Of a DNA stretch of 64,000 bases, positions 58,691 through 64,000 are shown piece after piece. Origin of the DNA: a virus; IMG/VR virus record IMGVR_UViG_3300029267_004179, positions 40,020 to 104,019 of that record. One strand, 5' to 3'. The notes under the pieces were generated by a model. That model did no database searches. It was not told the origin of the DNA and saw only the letters and a list, made by a program, of their open reading frames with translations. Position 1 is the stretch's first letter, and every line of letters begins with the position of its first letter. The translations under genes and the position numbers were made by a program.

Positions 58691-58918
58691 ATGAAAGAGT
58701 TTGGATATTTTGAAGGTGATCCTGCAAAAATACACCTAATGAGTGTTAGGATTGGTGGGGGAGAATATACTGTTTGTGGGCTAGCTTACGATATTGGAGG
58801 ACCGGAAGAAGAGAAATCATGGTTAGGTGATTTCATTACCACCAATAAGCGAACGGTAACTTGCCCAGGTTGTATCGTTGAAATAAAAAATTGCAGAGGC
58901 GTTAAGTGCGCTTCATAA
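58691..58918 (+). CDS. Small Zn-binding protein
   Basis: H..T.CG...VTCP.C; start adjusted from 58652. Confidence 0.6.
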   Translation: MKEFGYFEGDPAKIHLMSVRIGGGEYTVCGLAYDIGGPEEEKSWLGDFITTNKRTVTCPGCIVEIKNCRGVKCAS

Positions 58919-58946
58919 CCGGTCCACGCCGGGCAGGAAGGGAATT

Positions 58947-59123
58947 ATGAAAATAAGAATTAAATTACCGCAGAACAACCCGTCATGATTACGCCGATCA
59001 GACACCCTCAACGATGCGTTAAAGCGTGCTGATTTTTTGGCCGATCCGCATGGACGGTGGTATTCCGGCATGATGTCCGATAGGAAAGATTTACGCCGAA
59101 TTGCATTATTAGCGAAGGAGTAG
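58947..59123 (+). pseudogene. Small gene interrupted by an in-frame TGA (58986)
   Basis: GGAAGG RBS; MKIRIKLPQNNPS*LRRSDTLNDALKRADFL..KDLRRIALLAKE. Confidence 0.4.
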
Positions 59124-59323
59124 CTGAAATGACTATCGATGGAGATACAATCATAACCAACTGAACAGGTCAATGCAGGTTGTTGAGGGCATAAAGCGCA
59201 ATCTTCTTCGGCTGGGCCGTAGGACCCCTTGCAATCATATTCCTGTCTCATGGCCGGATAAACTTGATAAAGACAAAAAATAATTTATATCTTTTTTCTA
59301 TAATAATATATAATGGAATTAAT

Positions 59324-59400
59324 CGGGGTGTGGCCCAGCTTGGTAGGGCGCTTGCCTTGGGAGCAAGAAGTCGTTGGTTCAAATCCAACCATCCCGACCA
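59324..59400 (+). tRNA. tRNA-Pro(TGG)
   Basis: Full cloverleaf; anticodon arm CTTGC-CTTGGGA-GCAAG; GTTCAAATC T-loop; encoded CCA. Confidence 0.95.
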
Positions 59401-59409
59401 TTAAAATAC

Positions 59410-59480
59410 GCACCGAAGACCATGGGGTCAAACTGGTTCCAGACCAGTAGAATAGGGTTCGATTCCTTATCGGTGAGCTA
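59410..59480 (+). tRNA. Atypical or degenerate tRNA-Trp(CCA)-like element
   Basis: ACTGG-TTCCAGA-CCAGT anticodon arm; GGTTCGATTCC T-arm; minimal D-arm; 1:72 mismatch; ends CTA rather than CCA. Confidence 0.6.
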
Positions 59481-59510
59481 AGAGAAGTAGAGTGTAGAAA
59501 AGGAGATGAT

Positions 59511-59762
59511 ATGTTAAAGGTTTATATCTCAAAAGATTATAGGTGAAACCCTATTGGTGTAATATTGTCCAAGAATCAGGCTATGGCTGAAATAGCCTTT
59601 GTTGCTATGAAAATAGGACATCATATCATAGAAGAAATTGACCTTACAGATGAGGATGTCGGGGTTAATGGTACTGTATTCTTGTTGAGTTCGGTTGAAA
59701 AAAAGATTGTAGGTTCGTCCGGCAAAACAATAGAATACCGTCACTGGCATAGAGGCATATGA
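59511..59762 (+). pseudogene. 83-codon gene interrupted by an in-frame TGA (59544)
   Basis: AAGGAG RBS; MLKVYISKDYR*NPIGVILSKNQ.. in frame with ORF-track 59565-59762. Confidence 0.55.
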
Positions 59763-59772
59763 GGAGAACTGC

Positions 59773-60357
59773 ATGGCTGAAAATAAAGTTGAAGAAATAT
59801 TATCCGAGCTATCTTTAACAGGGGAAGCTGTTTTGGATAATTTAGATAAAAGTCCTGAATTTATTACCTGGAAATGGTTGGATATTACCTACCAGTCAAT
59901 AGTAAAGTGGCGTAACATTCGGTTTCATAATGGCAATGATCATAAGATGCAAAATTGTGCTTTGTGCCAGGAGGCTGATAATATATTTGCCCGTCCACTA
60001 TATAGCCTTGATAAAGATGCCGAGCACCATCTTTGTGATTATTGCCCACTTGGTGTTTGCATTGCTGAATGTGATGATGTTGGATCACCATACTGGGAAT
60101 GGAATGATTATTTATATTCTTTTGAGCATGGTTTACACTCTGCGAAGGAAGATAAGAGTTTGGGGTTGGCTGATAACATGATTTATATGTTGTTTTTTCT
60201 TCACTATTCGATAAAATTGAAATTATATATCAAATATAAAATATCATCTTATGCTTATTTTCAAGATAATGTAGAACCGGAGTTATATGATTATGCCTTG
60301 GTTTCTTGGTGGGCATTAATGGGATGTAGTTTAGGAATGGGAGTATATAACGGATAA
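59773..60357 (+). CDS. Cys-rich hypothetical protein (paralog of 56705-57283)
   Basis: Same motif series as 56705-57283. Confidence 0.7.
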   Translation: MAENKVEEILSELSLTGEAVLDNLDKSPEFITWKWLDITYQSIVKWRNIRFHNGNDHKMQNCALCQEADNIFARPLYSLDKDAEHHLCDYCPLGVCIAECDDVGSPYWEWNDYLYSFEHGLHSAKEDKSLGLADNMIYMLFFLHYSIKLKLYIKYKISSYAYFQDNVEPELYDYALVSWWALMGCSLGMGVYNG

Positions 60358-60409
60358 TTGGAAGAACTTTAGTGTGAATTCAATCATTTGTACTATTTAA
60401 GGAGGAGTA

Positions 60410-60661
60410 ATGGAAAAACTTGCAAAAGCGGTAAAACTTGCGGTGGAAATAAAGGAAGAGTCATTTGATAAGGAAATGGCCGAAGAAAATAAAGACAAAA
60501 AATTCTTTGATTTTAACAAATGCTACAAAATCTCTTTGAGGGAAGCTGCAGACAAGGCTGCTGAGAAAGTTGGGTTTGATGAGAGGGGAGCATTTCCGGT
60601 TTATCTTCTGTTAGAATATTGCTGGAATGATATTCTTGATTGGGCAAAAAAGTTCGATTAA
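60410..60661 (+). CDS. Hypothetical protein
   Basis: AAGGAGG RBS. Confidence 0.7.
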   Translation: MEKLAKAVKLAVEIKEESFDKEMAEENKDKKFFDFNKCYKISLREAADKAAEKVGFDERGAFPVYLLLEYCWNDILDWAKKFD

Positions 60662-60713
60662 GAGTTGCATAAAGAGACTATAATAGATAAAGAACTATAA
60701 AATATTTTAGGGA

Positions 60714-61540
60714 GAAAAAAGATGGCATGTATAAATAGAATTGGGACAAGCACAAGAAGATCAGACTTGTCTATACATGCCATCTTTTTTCGGCCCTTTT
60801 ACGTCGGAAAGCCTGTCATTATTATTCCCTTTGCCATAAGTGTATTATTCTTCGCAATGGGTAAATGCGTCCGGCGTTTGGGATATTCATTGACCCCGGT
60901 TTTTGCCAATTGGGCCAGGAGCCCAATTCTAAAATTTATTCTTACTGCCCGGTAGTTTTTACTGACCGGGCAGAACTGCTGTTCTGTTGGACACTTATTG
61001 GACCGACGAGAATAGTGGTGACTCTACTACGCCATAAAAAAAGTATATAATTAGTATGGAGGACAGAAGCCAAATGAATGGACTTCTTAAAATTGAAAGT
61101 TGGCGTATTGTGTGTGTGGCCGATACTTGCTAACATAATCATCGGCTTCATGTAGCACCTCAAGGGCATAGTCCCGAGTCTCTGTTGAAGAAGAGTAAGA
61201 TCATTGACTATGCCCTTGAGTCGGATAATTGTGAAGTTTCCGGTTGCTGTGGGAATATTGCTGATGAACTACCTGTACCCGCCGCACCGGTCGGTATTAA
61301 ACCCTCGCTCGGCACCACTCGGCATTGGTCTCGATTATTTTCACCGACTGAAAGTAGTTACTGTAACGGTGATTGATTCGACTTATAGATTGTGCTGTAC
61401 CGGGCCAGGAGAGACATTGTCATTGTAGATTGGCATTAACCCTTTCCCCTCCCCGGCAGACTTACTTTTGGTGTTCCAGTTATGTATAGTGATGTCGGTG
61501 GTGCTGGTATTAACACCTTGGTTCTGCCGGGGGTTTTTGA
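60714..61540 (+). ncRNA. Candidate large structured non-coding RNA (~830 nt)
   Basis: No credible ORF; many nested stems (20-bp 60714-33/60772-91; 15-bp 61159-73/61206-20; 10-bp 61451-60/61523-32); G-U pairs favour the + strand. Confidence 0.65.
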
Positions 61541-61556
61541 GGTTGAGTAGTTATCT

Positions 61557-61634
61557 GTTCCCGTAGTCCAAAAAGGCAAAGGACACGAGGCTTTCAATCT
61601 CGGTACGTGGGTTCAAGTCCCACCGGGAACACCA
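61557..61634 (+). tRNA. tRNA-Glu(TTC)
   Basis: GTTCCCG/CGGGAAC acceptor; CGAGG-CTTTCAA-TCTCG; GGTTCAAGTCC; encoded CCA. Confidence 0.93.
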
Positions 61635-61655
61635 ACCTGCTTTATTGAAATTAAC

Positions 61656-61696
61656 AAAAGGGCAGTGGTCGTTTATGGCCCTGCCCTTTTCTTTTT
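61656..61696 (+). terminator. Intrinsic terminator after tRNA-Glu
   Basis: AAAAGGGCAG..CTGCCCTTTT plus CTTTTT. Confidence 0.8.
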
Positions 61697-61723
61697 GGTT
61701 CTTTTGGTAGAATAGGAGCAGAT

Positions 61724-62050
61724 ATGAAAGCTTTCATTTTTAGGGTTTTCTGTGATGATTACAATACTGCTCATGTGATAAGAAAGACCATAGAGCTTAT
61801 TGGAAATGGCGATTCTGTTTGTGTAACTACCTTTGATGGTAGAAAGTATGAAGTTGTGCAGCAGCAGAATTTACCTGTCAAAGTAAGATCGGAAGTGCCT
61901 TTTGTCAATATCATGGCTGGTGCTACATTTGATCTTGTGAAGAGTCGCACTTGTGGGGAAGGATACTTGCATAGGGGGAGTGAAACTCTGCTACCTATAG
62001 ATTTTGTAATGCAAAACTTGGAAACAGGAGGTTTTACCGGCTTTTTTTAA
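61724..62050 (+). CDS. Hypothetical protein
   Basis: AGGAG RBS. Confidence 0.65.
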   Translation: MKAFIFRVFCDDYNTAHVIRKTIELIGNGDSVCVTTFDGRKYEVVQQQNLPVKVRSEVPFVNIMAGATFDLVKSRTCGEGYLHRGSETLLPIDFVMQNLETGGFTGFF

Positions 62051-62076
62051 GAAAACCATAATAAGGAGTTATAAGG

Positions 62077-62412
62077 ATGATTAAAAGAATTATCGAGATT
62101 AATATGAATGATGAAGATTTTTACAAAGTGGTGGCTTTTGTTTCTAAAATGGCAGGTATGGTTGCTGCCGAAGGTAAGGGTGAAATTGAAATATATGACG
62201 ATGCTGATTTTAAGGTAGTTAAAAGGCAGGAGAAGTATGTCTTAACCGAGGACTATCATGGAATAAAAAAGGGGACCATTGCATATTTGGAAAGAAGAGG
62301 TCCTGTTTCCAGTAATTCATATACATTGATTGGTCCTGATGGGGAGGCACCTTTGGTTGTTGGTCGCAGCTTTGTCGAAACCGAAAGACTTTTTGAACCC
62401 TATAAAGGGTAG
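62077..62412 (+). CDS. Hypothetical protein
   Basis: RBS present; packed ORF. Confidence 0.65.
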   Translation: MIKRIIEINMNDEDFYKVVAFVSKMAGMVAAEGKGEIEIYDDADFKVVKRQEKYVLTEDYHGIKKGTIAYLERRGPVSSNSYTLIGPDGEAPLVVGRSFVETERLFEPYKG

Positions 62413-62437
62413 GGCAAGATGAGCAAAAGGGGAAGCA

Positions 62438-62950
62438 ATGGAATTTATATGGTTTTGGATTTGTAAGGGGGCGGCTGAATTTTTAATCGGCTTGTTTTTT
62501 GTCGGAGCTGTGTTCTCGGTTATATTTGCCGGTGATTTTGCCAAGATGATTAAACAATGGCGATGCAAACATAAAAAGTATTACAACTACGCAGGACAGG
62601 CAAAGTGTGTTAAGTGCCGTAAAGTTCTTGGTAGTTATCAGGAGTTCGAAAATGGAGGCAAAATGAAAACTATTGAAAGTAAAACTACCTGTCCGATGTG
62701 TGGGCATAATAAATGGGAAGTACAGAAGAAGACTTCCGGCATGGGTGTTTTCATTCTGGTTATCGGTTGGATAGTATCGTTGTCGGCTTGTTCGAAGGTT
62801 GCAACGTCCGCTTCTATTGGTGGTTTTGGTGGAATACTTTCGGGTATTCTTATTTTTATTCCATTGATCTTGATCTTCTTTTTTACCGCAAGGAAGTATG
62901 ATAATATTGATTATGTTTGTTTGAACTGCAAGCATATAACAAAATTATAG
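62438..62950 (+). CDS. Membrane Zn-ribbon protein (LITAF-like C-half; internal start at 62663)
   Basis: CPMC-TM-TM-CLNC; internal GGAGG plus ATG. Confidence 0.6.
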   Translation: MEFIWFWICKGAAEFLIGLFFVGAVFSVIFAGDFAKMIKQWRCKHKKYYNYAGQAKCVKCRKVLGSYQEFENGGKMKTIESKTTCPMCGHNKWEVQKKTSGMGVFILVIGWIVSLSACSKVATSASIGGFGGILSGILIFIPLILIFFFTARKYDNIDYVCLNCKHITKL

Positions 62951-62975
62951 GGGTAGAACTATATTAGCAGGTCAG

Positions 62976-63254
62976 TTGGTGATGGAAGGAGACTTTATGC
63001 AAAAAATAATAGTGATTGAGTCTAACGATGAACTGTTCCTTTCCAGCTTCCTTGACGCCTTGGATGGAATCATGATTCCCCCTAAATTTGGTGAATTTAA
63101 AACCTATATAATGTATGATGGGGATGGTAGTACTCCAAACTACTGCTTTGATCCTGATAATCCCCATCCTAAATTCAAGGTTGTTCAATCTTTAGTGGAT
63201 AAAAACAAATATCGAAAGGGGTGTCAAAATGACTTTGCCAAACCCGAAGGATAG
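62976..63254 (+). CDS. Hypothetical protein
   Basis: Packed ORF; start probably at the AAGGAG-preceded MQKII. Confidence 0.6.
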   Translation: MVMEGDFMQKIIVIESNDELFLSSFLDALDGIMIPPKFGEFKTYIMYDGDGSTPNYCFDPDNPHPKFKVVQSLVDKNKYRKGCQNDFAKPEG

Positions 63255-63756
63255 AGAAGAAATGGTTAAATTGTTGGGCAAGATGATTATAGCACTTGAG
63301 GATGATCCTGATGTTAAAAAAAATATTTTTACCCCGGCATTACTGGTTGTGATTCAAGGCTTAAACTTCGCCTTGAAAGCAGGACTGCAGGAAGAGCTAA
63401 TTGTGGCGCTTGACGATGTAGTTCAGGAGTCCATCGAGAAGACAAAGCCTAAGCCTGAAAGGAAAGTGATAGAAGTCTATTGGGTAAAACTAAATGATCT
63501 AATTACACTTCTGACTACCGAACCGGTGACTCCCGGCAAAGACCGTTCTTTTCCTGTTTTGGGATACATTGAACGTGTTTATAAAACCGGAATATGGTCT
63601 GTTTGCTTTCTGCCGGATGGGTCAAAAACACAAACAGATGCGGTTGTGATGGTTTATAAAACCAATAGTCAAGAATCAGCACAATCTAAACTTATTAGTT
63701 ATATTGAGGAGAAAACGAATTGCCCATTAAAAGAAGTAAAGACCCCAGCAAGATAG
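63229..63756 (+). CDS. Hypothetical protein
   Basis: 175 aa; overlaps the previous gene. Confidence 0.65.
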   Translation: MTLPNPKDREEMVKLLGKMIIALEDDPDVKKNIFTPALLVVIQGLNFALKAGLQEELIVALDDVVQESIEKTKPKPERKVIEVYWVKLNDLITLLTTEPVTPGKDRSFPVLGYIERVYKTGIWSVCFLPDGSKTQTDAVVMVYKTNSQESAQSKLISYIEEKTNCPLKEVKTPAR

Positions 63757-63901
63757 TTGAGCGGTGTAAATTAAGATTAAACCTGTGCGAAGATATAGCA
63801 GCACAGTGAATTTGAAAACACTTTAATGAAACCACACAACCTCTGCTAAATAGATTATAATAAGAGTAGATAGGCTGATCATTAACTGTTCGGCCAAACT
63901 C

Positions 63902-63973
63902 TTTAAGGCCTATAAAATTTTTACCCTATACCCTTATATTAGTTTTTTATTTTATGCTGATAGAATCTTAAAT
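63902..63973 (-). repeat. Dispersed intergenic element, copy 7 (core TAAGGG)
   Basis: Exact reverse complement of 15330-15401. Confidence 0.95.
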
Positions 63974-64000
63974 AAACAGACAAGGATTAAAGATTATGGG

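Noticed and set aside
60722-61428. Short ORFs (60722, 60865, 60942, 61185, 61204) in the structured region
   Set aside because: They overlap each other, lack good RBSs and look unlike proteins; base-pairing explains the region better.
6556-63973. Dispersed repeat as a CRISPR array or MITE
   Set aside because: Copies are kilobases apart with no spacers, terminal inverted repeats, evident target duplications or cas/transposase genes.
1-64000. Genome-wide stop-codon reassignment
   Set aside because: Long genes are intact in the standard code, and TGA, TAG and TAA all end genes, often in ATGA overlaps.

Overview
A 64-kb section of a large, AT-rich tailed dsDNA phage genome. No integrase, transposase, reverse transcriptase or CRISPR array is visible. 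Gene order: tape measure and tail genes (1-12.9 kb); GH43-like gene, PAS-PAS protein, M15A endolysin and holin (13-16.7 kb); a minus-strand block of small accessory genes (16.7-23.4 kb); an AT- and purine-rich divergent gap; helicases and primase (24-28.7 kb); a probable early region (28.9-36.2 kb); a nucleotide-modification cluster (36.3-41.5 kb); DnaE fused to a uracil-DNA glycosylase, then recombination genes (41.5-52.5 kb); terminase and portal (52.9-56.3 kb); and a second accessory block with tRNAs (56.4-64 kb). The most notable signals are: (i) three type II hammerhead ribozymes plus overlapping-hairpin elements punctuating the early region, which also has a structured leader and a Ycf46-like AAA / DUF2997 / DUF1257 module; (ii) an unusual predicted pyrimidine-modification pathway (FAD oxidoreductase, ThyX, DUF1599-like, radical SAM, diverged thymidylate-synthase fold with a dCMP-type Asp, HAD phosphatase) abutting the DnaE-UDG fusion; (iii) a roughly 830-nt highly structured non-coding stretch just upstream of tRNA-Glu; (iv) a 50-80 bp element repeated seven times between genes in both orientations, with a variable 6-bp core. 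All family assignments come from motif recognition by eye; no searches were run.
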